A stretch of 64,000 bases of DNA from an uncultured Maribacter sp. (lineage in GTDB: Bacteria > Bacteroidota > Bacteroidia > Flavobacteriales > Flavobacteriaceae): assembly GCA_947498505.1 (NCBI GenBank), contig CANMKG010000012.1:18924-82923 (forward strand), read 5' to 3'. Shown here piece by piece: positions 1 to 8,371 of the stretch. The translations under genes were made by a program, and so were the position numbers. The notes below the pieces were generated by a model. That model saw nothing but the letters and a program-made list of their open reading frames with translations, was not told where the DNA came from and did no database searches. The first letter of the stretch is position 1. The number at the start of each line of letters is the position of its first letter.

Positions 1-1
1 T

Positions 2-3000
2 GATAATGGAACGTCTCAAACAATAACGGTGTATGCAATTGATGCTAATGGTTGTGAATCACAATTTACAAGAACAATAGACCCACCTGGTAATGTTACT
101 GGTGTAATTACCCAAGTATCACCCATGGATTGTGAAAATCCAGAACGTATAACCATAGATGTAACAGGTACAACTAATTTCACTATCGAAGATCAAGGCT
201 CGTCAGTTGCATTCGTGCCAAATGTGGTTCAAACTAGTGGAACGTCAGTTACTTTTGATTTACCGTTTGCTGTAGGTGAATATCGTTTACAAATAAATGA
301 TGCTGGGGGATGTACATACCCAATAGCAGCATATACTGTTATTCAGCCGGTATTGCCATCGGTTACAATAAGTGAGGCAGAACCTATAAGTTGTTTTGGA
401 GCTATAGATGGAGCAATTAATATAAATGTAACCGATTTTAACGGTGTTTATGACTATTGGGTGTATGACGCAAGTGACCCAGGCTTTACAACAGGTACAT
501 TTGGTGCTGTTGTAGCAGGAAATTCTACTGGTACTATTGACATGGCGACTGATGGAAATCCTTTTATAATTACTGGTTTACCTGCAGGTAGCTTAAGAGT
601 AGTGATTAGAGAGCAAGGAATGACAGTTTCTGGTTGTAATGTATTCAGTGATGTTGCAGTAATTGGATCTCCAAATGGACCATTGATGATTTCGGATGTT
701 ACTACAGAACCTGTTGGCTGTTCCAACGACTTGGGAGAAATTACTGTTACAGCTAGTGGAGGATGGGAAAATGCTCCTTATCAATACATGTTAGAAATAG
801 AAAACCCATTAGGTAGTGGAACGTTTGTTCCTCATACACCTGTAGGAGGTTTGAACACCTTCAGCGGTTTAGCTTCTGGTAACTATAGGGTTATAGTAAC
901 AGATTCTGAAGGCTGTCCAGTTTCTCAGGAAATTTTGCTTAATCCAACCCCGCAAATAGATGCCGAGGCTATGATTGCAAGGCAATTAGAGTGCCCAGGA
1001 GGTAACGATGCGATTATTCAAGCAGTGGAACCTGGTACTACAACTCCTGGAGCGGTTGGAGGGGTAACTGGAGCAGGTTATCAGTATCGTTTATTAACGT
1101 TAAATGACAACGATAATACGGATGTTGCTAATGCAACAGGTTTACAAAATGATCCAACATTTGTTGGTTCAGCAGGAACAGGTGTTATTGAGGCAGGTTG
1201 GTACGCTATTGAAATTGTATCAACATTAAATTGCTCCTTTGTTACTTCACCTATTCAGGTCGTTCCTCCGCCACCAATTAACCCAAGATTAATCCAAACA
1301 GCGGTGCCTGCGTGTGGTAATATAGCTAGTATGAAAATAGAGTTAGGCACCTCAGCAGAGGCAGGTGCAACTTATGAATATAGGGCTTTTGGGTCTTTGG
1401 ATCCATGGCTGCCAATGACATATCAAGGAGGTACTGCTGAAGAGAATATACCTGGTGTAGTAAATCAGTTTTACCGATTTGAAGTGAGAAAAGTAGGTAA
1501 TTTAGGTGCTTGCGAACCGACAGGAACCAATGGTATACCTATTAATGAAGCAGACCCTTTGGATTTGGATGTGAACTCTCCAACATTTGATGTTACTTGT
1601 GCTTATGAAGTTGATGGTAGAATTGAAGCTCAAGTAGAGGGAGGGACAGGTGTCTATGAGTTTAGAATATATGATACTGATCCAGGTGCCGATGCTTTTG
1701 CTGCAGAAGCATTACCAACATATCAAAATAGGCCATATCAAAGTACAGGTACTTTTGAAGATTTAGAAGGTGGAGACTACTGGATATCTGTAATTAGTAG
1801 GTTAAGCTGTGGTGAAATTGAGGGCCCTTTTCGAATTGAGTCTGTTGATCCTGTGATAATAGCAGATAGCTCAACACCAGTTACTTGTAATGGAGAAGAA
1901 GATGGTACGATAACAATGACAGTTACAAGTCCTACTTCTGGACTAGTTAAGTTTGCTATAGAGCCAAATTTAAGTGAGTTAGTAACGGATCCAGATAATC
2001 CTACTACGTACACATTCACAGATTTAGCAGCGGGAACGTATACAGTGCTTGCTCAAGATGCAGAAGGATGTCCGCAAACATTCTCCGTTACTGTTGGAGA
2101 GCCTGATCCAATTATTGCAGGTAATCCACAAGTGGTAGATGAAACATGTATTGGTGATGCTGACGGTGAAGCGCAGTTGACAGTAACTGGTGGAACTCCA
2201 TTTTTTGATACTGTTACGTTATCACAATATTATGAGACACGATTAGTAGGACCAAATTCTGATGGTACAGAGGTATTTGTTAGAAATGATGCCTTAACAT
2301 TTACAGGGTTAGAAGGAGGAAATACATATATCGTTCAAATAAGGGACGCTAGTTATTGTGAAACAACTGCTTTAATTCCAGTGGGAATAGGAGTCGATTT
2401 AACTGCGGAACCGGAGGTAGAATATGGGTGTACAGGCGTTTTTCCAAATAGTACAACTACTATTCAAATGCAAGAAACCAGCTTGTTACCAGATTTATTG
2501 TTTGCATTGGATCCTATGGATCCAACCGACGCAATAACTGCCTTGGCCGATACTACTTTTACTTGGGGTGATTTACCTGCGGGTGACCATACTGTATATA
2601 TATATCATACAAATGGATGTAGAAATTTTGTTGAATTTACTATTGATGCCTATAGTCAACTTACTTTAGATGCCGTAAAAACAGGCCCAGATGAGTTAAC
2701 TGCGACGGCTACTGGTGGTTATGGAAATTATGAGTTTTTCTTTAATGGAGAATCTTATGGTGATGAGTTTGTATTTACTACAAATCAAAGTATGACCGTT
2801 AATGTTGAGGTTGTAGATGAAAGAGGTTGTAGAGCTGTGGCAGCCATTCCGTTTGAATTTACTGGAATGTTGGAGTTTCCAGAGTTTATGACGCCAAATG
2901 GAGATGGACAAAATGATGAGTGGGCGCCTAGTAATAGAAGATTTTTTCCAAGTATTGAGGTGAAAATATATGATAGATATGGTAGAGTGGTGGCAGAACT

Positions 3001-3130
3001 TAACGATGTTACCTACTGGGACGGAAAGTATGAGGGTACTGAGTTACCATCTGGTGATTATTGGTATGAGGTGAATGCCAATGATAAAAGTAAATTTAGA
3101 TATGTGGGTCACTTCACATTATACAGATAA
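2..3130 (+). CDS. SprB-repeat cell-surface adhesin, C-terminal part (5' end lies outside the window), with a T9SS type-B / gliding-motility C-terminal sorting domain
   Basis: The frame is open from nt 2, with no stop before the first ATG at 29. It contains many ~80-100 aa modules anchored by a C-x-G/N-x-x-DG-x-I pattern (SCFGAIDGAI, TCAYEVDGRI, TCNGEEDGTI, TCIGDADGEA). The last ~85 aa (FMTPNGDGQNDEW...IYDRYGRVV...WDGKY...LPSGDYWYEV...GHFTLYR) match the gliding-motility-associated C-terminal domain. Confidence 0.8.
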   Translation, partial: DNGTSQTITVYAIDANGCESQFTRTIDPPGNVTGVITQVSPMDCENPERITIDVTGTTNFTIEDQGSSVAFVPNVVQTSGTSVTFDLPFAVGEYRLQINDAGGCTYPIAAYTVIQPVLPSVTISEAEPISCFGAIDGAININVTDFNGVYDYWVYDASDPGFTTGTFGAVVAGNSTGTIDMATDGNPFIITGLPAGSLRVVIREQGMTVSGCNVFSDVAVIGSPNGPLMISDVTTEPVGCSNDLGEITVTASGGWENAPYQYMLEIENPLGSGTFVPHTPVGGLNTFSGLASGNYRVIVTDSEGCPVSQEILLNPTPQIDAEAMIARQLECPGGNDAIIQAVEPGTTTPGAVGGVTGAGYQYRLLTLNDNDNTDVANATGLQNDPTFVGSAGTGVIEAGWYAIEIVSTLNCSFVTSPIQVVPPPPINPRLIQTAVPACGNIASMKIELGTSAEAGATYEYRAFGSLDPWLPMTYQGGTAEENIPGVVNQFYRFEVRKVGNLGACEPTGTNGIPINEADPLDLDVNSPTFDVTCAYEVDGRIEAQVEGGTGVYEFRIYDTDPGADAFAAEALPTYQNRPYQSTGTFEDLEGGDYWISVISRLSCGEIEGPFRIESVDPVIIADSSTPVTCNGEEDGTITMTVTSPTSGLVKFAIEPNLSELVTDPDNPTTYTFTDLAAGTYTVLAQDAEGCPQTFSVTVGEPDPIIAGNPQVVDETCIGDADGEAQLTVTGGTPFFDTVTLSQYYETRLVGPNSDGTEVFVRNDALTFTGLEGGNTYIVQIRDASYCETTALIPVGIGVDLTAEPEVEYGCTGVFPNSTTTIQMQETSLLPDLLFALDPMDPTDAITALADTTFTWGDLPAGDHTVYIYHTNGCRNFVEFTIDAYSQLTLDAVKTGPDELTATATGGYGNYEFFFNGESYGDEFVFTTNQSMTVNVEVVDERGCRAVAAIPFEFTGMLEFPEFMTPNGDGQNDEWAPSNRRFFPSIEVKIYDRYGRVVAELNDVTYWDGKYEGTELPSGDYWYEVNANDKSKFRYVGHFTLYR

Positions 3131-3133
3131 ATT

Positions 3134-3159
3134 AAAAAGGCGCTTTTTTGCGCCTTTTT
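3134..3159. terminator. Bidirectional rho-independent terminator between convergent genes
   Basis: AAAAAGGCGC-TTTTTT-GCGCCTTTTT is a GC-cored hairpin flanked by an A-run and a T-run. It lies between the stop at 3130 (+) and the stop at 3159 (-). Confidence 0.75.
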
Positions 3160-4337
3160 TATATTCTCGCGCATTTAATAACCACACGTTGGTTTTCTGA
3201 GTTTGTTGTGAAGAAAAGATAAATATCACCACCATCACTTATTTTTAGGTTTTTACGAATTTCTGCAACACTGATAGGGAAATTTCTCGAAATTACATTT
3301 GCCTTTTTTATACCCATTTTTTTTATTGCTTTTTTGTTATACAGCAATACTTCTTCAATTTTAAAGGTTTTTCCAGTAAAATCAATTAAATGCTTTGAAG
3401 TGTATAGGTGTGTATGTTTATGTAACTTAAAAAGTTGAAGTTTTTTTGCAACAACTTTAAAACCTCCAGATTTTAAAATAGCAGTATTTGGTTCGTATAA
3501 ATATTCTAAAGGATTTGATAATTCAGTTTTGGCGTTTTTTTCTTCCGACAAAACAAACTCAAACAACTCTTTTTTGTTTTTTTTAAAGTTAACGGTTTTA
3601 ATTTGAGTTTCGCCAGAGAAGTTTTTTTGAATAATCCATAGCAATTCTTTAACGTCATTTTCAACAGCTACAACATGAATTTCTTTAACAAAATGAAGCT
3701 CTTTTAGTCCAGCTGAAATATCTAAAAGGGGAGCAGTTTTTATTAAAATATTATCCGAATATTTTAGGAGGATATCTAAATTTTCAGGAATATTTGGTTC
3801 ACAATCTGAGAGTAAAAATACCTTGCCTTTTATATCACTTCTTCGAGATGGATCTGCGTAGATTGCGTCAAAACTTTGGTTTGTGTTTTTTAAGAAATCA
3901 ATACCATTTCCAGGTACGGTTTTTATATTTTTTATATCTAAAATTTGATAATTATGTGAAGCTATTTTGGAAAGATTTTCGTTCTTTTCACAATGCCAAA
4001 TTTGACTGGAATATTTGCTAAAAAAATAGCTATCAACACCAAACCCCCCGGTGAGGTCAATAAGTGTTTTTTTGGTTAAAATTTTAGCTTTGTATTCTGC
4101 GGTTACTTCAGAAGAGGTTTGTTCAATATTTAACTTGTTGGGGTAGTAAATGTTTGATGTGTTATACCATGTAGGGAGCTTTTTTTTACATTTTTTTTTG
4201 GCTTCTATTTGTTCAACAAGTTCCTTAGTAGAAATATTGGGGAAAGGAGCTTTTTTTAACAAAACTGACATGATGTCAGTGTTTAAATTTTTTTGTATAA
4301 AATTCTGTACACCAGTATTTAATATGCTTTTATTCAA
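3159..4337 (-). CDS. Class I SAM-dependent methyltransferase (family carrying a THUMP-like C-terminal domain)
   Basis: 392 aa. SAM motif I-like LIDLTGGFGVDSYFFS is followed by an acidic motif (AIYADPSRR). Length and layout fit the Bacteroidota methyltransferase family. Confidence 0.6.
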   Translation of the reverse strand: MNKSILNTGVQNFIQKNLNTDIMSVLLKKAPFPNISTKELVEQIEAKKKCKKKLPTWYNTSNIYYPNKLNIEQTSSEVTAEYKAKILTKKTLIDLTGGFGVDSYFFSKYSSQIWHCEKNENLSKIASHNYQILDIKNIKTVPGNGIDFLKNTNQSFDAIYADPSRRSDIKGKVFLLSDCEPNIPENLDILLKYSDNILIKTAPLLDISAGLKELHFVKEIHVVAVENDVKELLWIIQKNFSGETQIKTVNFKKNKKELFEFVLSEEKNAKTELSNPLEYLYEPNTAILKSGGFKVVAKKLQLFKLHKHTHLYTSKHLIDFTGKTFKIEEVLLYNKKAIKKMGIKKANVISRNFPISVAEIRKNLKISDGGDIYLFFTTNSENQRVVIKCARI

Positions 4338-4344
4338 AGTAAAA

Positions 4345-5445
4345 CTATAGATTTTCAGTAAGAGATTTTACTATCTTGTTTTCTGATAAAAATTCCTTCA
4401 AAATCACTTTAATAACGGTGTAGCCAGGCACGGCAACTATCATTCCTAACACTCCAAAAAGCAAACCAGCAATAATAATAATAAGAAAAATTTCAAGAGG
4501 ATGAGACTTAACGCTATTGGAAAAAATTAAAGGTTGTGATACAAAATTATCAACCAATTGACCAATCGCTAAACCTATTAAAACATAACCGGATTTTGGC
4601 AAAATTACGGTACTAAAATCTGCTCCTAAATTGCTTGTCATGGTAAGTGTAATCATGATAATTCCTCCAATGATTGGACCTACATACGGAATGATATTAA
4701 ATAGCGCACATAAGAATGCAATTACAACTGCATTTTCAATTCCGATTATGAGTAATGCAATCGTGTAGATTACAAATAAAACAAAAATTTGAAGTAGTAA
4801 TCCAACGAAATATCTGGATAGTAAATTGTTGATTTTTTCGATAGAATTAATGGTTCCTGTTTCCTTGTTTGAAGGAACGAAAATAAGTAACCCATTTTGA
4901 AACATTTTACTGTCTTTTAGAAAAAAGAACGAAATAAATAATACTGAAAAAAGTCCTATACTTACCGAGCTTAAAATGTCTAAAAACGAATTTAAAAAAT
5001 TAGGAATAAAGTCAACATTAATTCCAGCAAGAATGTTTTTTTCTAGGTTTGCTTCCTCAATGGCTTCATTAACTACTTGAGCAGAATCGCCAAAGTAATC
5101 CATAATTTCAGAGTAAAGCGTATTTAAATTCGCTTGAAGCTCGTTAATGTTTAGTAAGGATAAGTTTTTACCCTGTTCTGATAATAAAGGAATAAAAAGC
5201 GCTATTAAGCCTGCAATCAAACCTATCATTAATAGCATGGTAGCTACAACGGCTATTGTGTTAGGAAACTTTAGTTTTCTTCTTAGAAAAAGTACAATAG
5301 GTCTTCCGATAAGTGCAATTACTGCCGCTATGGCTAAATACGCCAAAACAGATTGAATTTTGTAGAGAAAAAATAGCACTAAAGCTATACCTATTAAAAT
5401 TCCTACAGCACGTAAAATTCCATTAGAAATGTTTTTTGACGTCAT
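4345..5445 (-). CDS. AI-2E family (PerM-like) transporter
   Basis: 366 aa polytopic membrane protein. It has an N-terminal pair of TM helices, a central soluble loop and a C-terminal TM bundle containing NIIPYVGPIIG, typical of the AI-2E/UPF0118 family. Confidence 0.8.
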   Translation of the reverse strand: MTSKNISNGILRAVGILIGIALVLFFLYKIQSVLAYLAIAAVIALIGRPIVLFLRRKLKFPNTIAVVATMLLMIGLIAGLIALFIPLLSEQGKNLSLLNINELQANLNTLYSEIMDYFGDSAQVVNEAIEEANLEKNILAGINVDFIPNFLNSFLDILSSVSIGLFSVLFISFFFLKDSKMFQNGLLIFVPSNKETGTINSIEKINNLLSRYFVGLLLQIFVLFVIYTIALLIIGIENAVVIAFLCALFNIIPYVGPIIGGIIMITLTMTSNLGADFSTVILPKSGYVLIGLAIGQLVDNFVSQPLIFSNSVKSHPLEIFLIIIIAGLLFGVLGMIVAVPGYTVIKVILKEFLSENKIVKSLTENL

Positions 5446-5448
5446 TTT

Positions 5449-6099
5449 TTAGTTTTTAAAAACATATGATACAATGTTAGCCCCCATTTGCAATGCTTTT
5501 TTTCTTATTTCAGGAGGATTGTTATGTACTGCTGGGTCTTCCCATCCGTCACCTAAATCGCATTCGTAGGTAAAAAGTAAAATAAGTCTATCTTCATGAA
5601 AATAACCAAGAGCTTGAGGTCGTTTTCCATTATGCTCATGTATTTTGGGTAAACCTTCTGGGAACTGAAACTCTTGTTTAAAAATATTATGATTAGCTCC
5701 TAGTTCTTCTAGTTTTTTATCTGGAAATATTTTTAATAGTTCTTTTTTTAAATAGGGTTCCATTCCAAAATTATCATCAATATGTAAAAAACCACCTGAA
5801 AGTAAGTAAGTTCTTAAATTAGCAGCTTCCGCTTCTGTAAAAACAACATTTCCGTGTCCCGTCATATACAAGAAAGGATACTGGAAAATGCCTGAATCAC
5901 TTGCCTCAATAATAGCAGGTTTGTTTTTTATTGTAGTGTTTATATTGTTGTTACAATAGGAGATAAGGTTAGGGAGTCCGGTAGGGTTAGCATACCAATC
6001 ACCACCGCCAGAATATTTTAAAATTGCTATTTCTTGACTAAAAAGAACTAAGGAAAAACAACTTAATACGATTGAAAACCAAATGCGAACTTGTTTCAT
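5449..6099 (-). CDS. DUF4159 domain-containing secreted protein
   Basis: 216 aa with a signal peptide. The strings LKYSGGGDWYANPT, YMTGHGNV, GGFLHIDDN and YECDLGDGWED match what I remember of the Bacteroidota DUF4159 family. Confidence 0.55.
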   Translation of the reverse strand: MKQVRIWFSIVLSCFSLVLFSQEIAILKYSGGGDWYANPTGLPNLISYCNNNINTTIKNKPAIIEASDSGIFQYPFLYMTGHGNVVFTEAEAANLRTYLLSGGFLHIDDNFGMEPYLKKELLKIFPDKKLEELGANHNIFKQEFQFPEGLPKIHEHNGKRPQALGYFHEDRLILLFTYECDLGDGWEDPAVHNNPPEIRKKALQMGANIVSYVFKN

Positions 6100-6185
6100 A
6101 AATTACAATATACTGGTGCAATCAAATTTACATATAATTTGACACGAATAAAACGTATTTAAAGAGAGTTAATCCTCGCCGTGGT

Positions 6186-6893
6186 TTAGCTGTTGTTTAT
6201 TAGTGCTATAGTGGTGCACGCATAAATAGCAGCTGTTTCGGTACGTAGCCTATTACGACCCAGTGAGACTGGTAAAAACCCTTTTTCGTAAGCAGATTGA
6301 ATTTCGTTTGTTGAGAAGTCTCCTTCTGGGCCAATTAAAATAGTGATGTCTTTGTCAGCAGCAGCTCTTCGTTTGAGTTCTACTTTTTCTTCTTTTTCAC
6401 AATGACCAATGAACAAAAGCCCTTCGTGTTTTAGGTTTAAGTATTCTTTTAACGAAATTGCTGGGTTTATCTTGGGTAAAAATGTTTGCAATGATTGCTT
6501 CATGGCTGACTGTATCACCTTTTGTAATCTTTCTTGTTTTATTACTTTTCGTTCCGACCTTTCACAAATAATAGGGGTAATTTCATTCACGCCAATTTCT
6601 GTAGCTTTTTCTAAAAACCATTCAAAACGGTCATTGTTTTTGGTTGGGGCAACTGCTAAATGTAGCCAATATTTAGTTTGGTGTTTTTTTGTTTCATTAG
6701 TAATCTGAACTTTACATTTTTTTGGGTCTGCAACTACAATTTTAGTTTCGTAAAGGGTGCCTTTTCCGTTTGTTACAAAAAGTATGTCGTTCTCTTTTTT
6801 TCGAAGTACACGAATAATATGCTTACTCTCTTCTTGCGGAAAAACAAATTGAGCCGCACTGCTATCTAAGTTTGAGTTGTAAAAAAGCTGCAT
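6186..6893 (-). CDS. rsmE: 16S rRNA (uracil1498-N3)-methyltransferase
   Basis: 235 aa. It has an N-terminal PUA-like region and a SPOUT C-terminus with ILIGPEGDFS and SLGRNRLRTETAA. Confidence 0.85.
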   Translation of the reverse strand: MQLFYNSNLDSSAAQFVFPQEESKHIIRVLRKKENDILFVTNGKGTLYETKIVVADPKKCKVQITNETKKHQTKYWLHLAVAPTKNNDRFEWFLEKATEIGVNEITPIICERSERKVIKQERLQKVIQSAMKQSLQTFLPKINPAISLKEYLNLKHEGLLFIGHCEKEEKVELKRRAAADKDITILIGPEGDFSTNEIQSAYEKGFLPVSLGRNRLRTETAAIYACTTIALINNS

Positions 6894-6898
6894 AGGTG

Positions 6899-7249
6899 TT
6901 ATTTAGTGTTTTTAAGTTTGCTTTGTGCGTGTTCAATTCCTAGTTCAATCCACTCTTGTAATTGTTCTTCAGTTTTAAAACCTTTAGAAGAAACGTATAA
7001 GAACTCCTTCATTGGTTTTTTTGTAAAATCCATTGGTCTGACAAATTCATGGTTTAAAACAAAACTCATTTTGTCACTAATAACACGAACCGCCAAATCG
7101 TCTTTGATAATTCCAACGGTCATTTTTCCTTTGTATAGAAATGATAATCCGCCAAACATTTTTTTCTTGGTGATATTATTTTTAATCTCAGCAGGAAAAG
7201 TATTCAGCGAAAAATCTATTCGTTGTTCAATATTAGAATTATAAGACAT
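6899..7249 (-). CDS. TfoX/Sxy N-terminal domain family protein
   Basis: 116 aa. KKMFGGLSFLYKGKM..GI..D.L..RV matches the TfoX_N pattern. Confidence 0.6.
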   Translation of the reverse strand: MSYNSNIEQRIDFSLNTFPAEIKNNITKKKMFGGLSFLYKGKMTVGIIKDDLAVRVISDKMSFVLNHEFVRPMDFTKKPMKEFLYVSSKGFKTEEQLQEWIELGIEHAQSKLKNTK

Positions 7250-7264
7250 GACGAACGGTGTTAG

Positions 7265-8287
7265 TTAAATAACATATCTAGCCTTGGCTGTAATGCTTTG
7301 GCTTGAAAATTGTTGTTCCAGATATTTTAAGTAGCCAACAATTCCAATCATAGCAGCATTATCTGTGCAATACTCAAATTTAGGAATAAATGTTTTCCAT
7401 TGATGAGAACTTTCCATTTGCTTAAGTTTTGTTCTAATGCCACTATTAGCGGAAACACCACCACCAATAGCTACTTGCTTTATTCCAGTTTGTTTAACAG
7501 CTTTTTTAAGCTTATCTGTTAATATTTGAATAATAGTATGTTGTATAGAAGCACAGATGTCATTAATATTTTTAGTAATAAAATCTGGATCTTTTTGTGT
7601 TTCTCTTTGAATAAAATAAAGTATGCTGGTCTTAAGTCCACTAAAACTAAAATTTACACCCTCTACTTTTGGTTTCGGAAAGGGAAATTTTTTCGGATTT
7701 CCTAAAGCAGCATATTTATCAATTAAAGGTCCTCCAGGGTATGGTAATCCTAGTAATTTAGCACTTTTGTCAAAGGCTTCTCCTACGGCATCATCTAGAG
7801 TCTCTCCTAAAATTTCCATCTCAAAATAATCAGAAATCTTAACAATTTGGGTGTGTCCACCGCTAATAGTCATTGCTAGGAATGGAAACTCAGGAGTGTT
7901 TTGTGCATCATCTTTGATAAAATGGGCTAGAATATGCGCCTGCATATGATTTACCTCTATCAACGGAATGTTTAGCCCTAATGATAATGATTTTGCAAAA
8001 GATGTACCAACTAATAACGACCCCATAAGGCCTGGTCCTCGTGTAAAAGCTATGGCTGATAACTGTTTTTTATCGATATTTGCCTTAGCTAAAGCTTGAT
8101 GAACAACAGGAACAATATTTTGTTGGTGTGCTCGTGAAGCAAGCTCAGGAACAACACCGCCATATTCCTCATGAATTTTTTGAGTGGCGACAATGTTGCT
8201 TAGAACACGATTGTTGTGTAAAACGGCAGCTGAAGTATCATCACATGATGATTCTATAGCGAGAATATAAATATTTTCATTTTTCAT
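7265..8287 (-). CDS. tsaD: tRNA N6-adenosine threonylcarbamoyltransferase
   Basis: Kae1/TsaD motifs are present: ILAIESSCDDTSAAV, HMQAHI, SGGHTQ, GGVSANS. I chose the ATG at 8287 (MKNENIYIL...) rather than the track start at 8314, because family members begin just before the ESSCDDT motif. Confidence 0.9.
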   Translation of the reverse strand: MKNENIYILAIESSCDDTSAAVLHNNRVLSNIVATQKIHEEYGGVVPELASRAHQQNIVPVVHQALAKANIDKKQLSAIAFTRGPGLMGSLLVGTSFAKSLSLGLNIPLIEVNHMQAHILAHFIKDDAQNTPEFPFLAMTISGGHTQIVKISDYFEMEILGETLDDAVGEAFDKSAKLLGLPYPGGPLIDKYAALGNPKKFPFPKPKVEGVNFSFSGLKTSILYFIQRETQKDPDFITKNINDICASIQHTIIQILTDKLKKAVKQTGIKQVAIGGGVSANSGIRTKLKQMESSHQWKTFIPKFEYCTDNAAMIGIVGYLKYLEQQFSSQSITAKARYVI

Positions 8288-8371
8288 CCTATTTTGGAAT
8301 AAAAATTGGAACACAAAGGTAAAACATAAGGCACTATCAAAAAATTAAAAAAAATACTGGTTAGAACCCTT

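Noticed and set aside
8288-8314. A 9-codon upstream extension of tsaD (MFQFLFQNR).
   Set aside because: TsaD family proteins start a few residues before the ILAIESSCDDT motif, and the ATG at 8287 fits. The extension would also shrink the divergent promoter region further.
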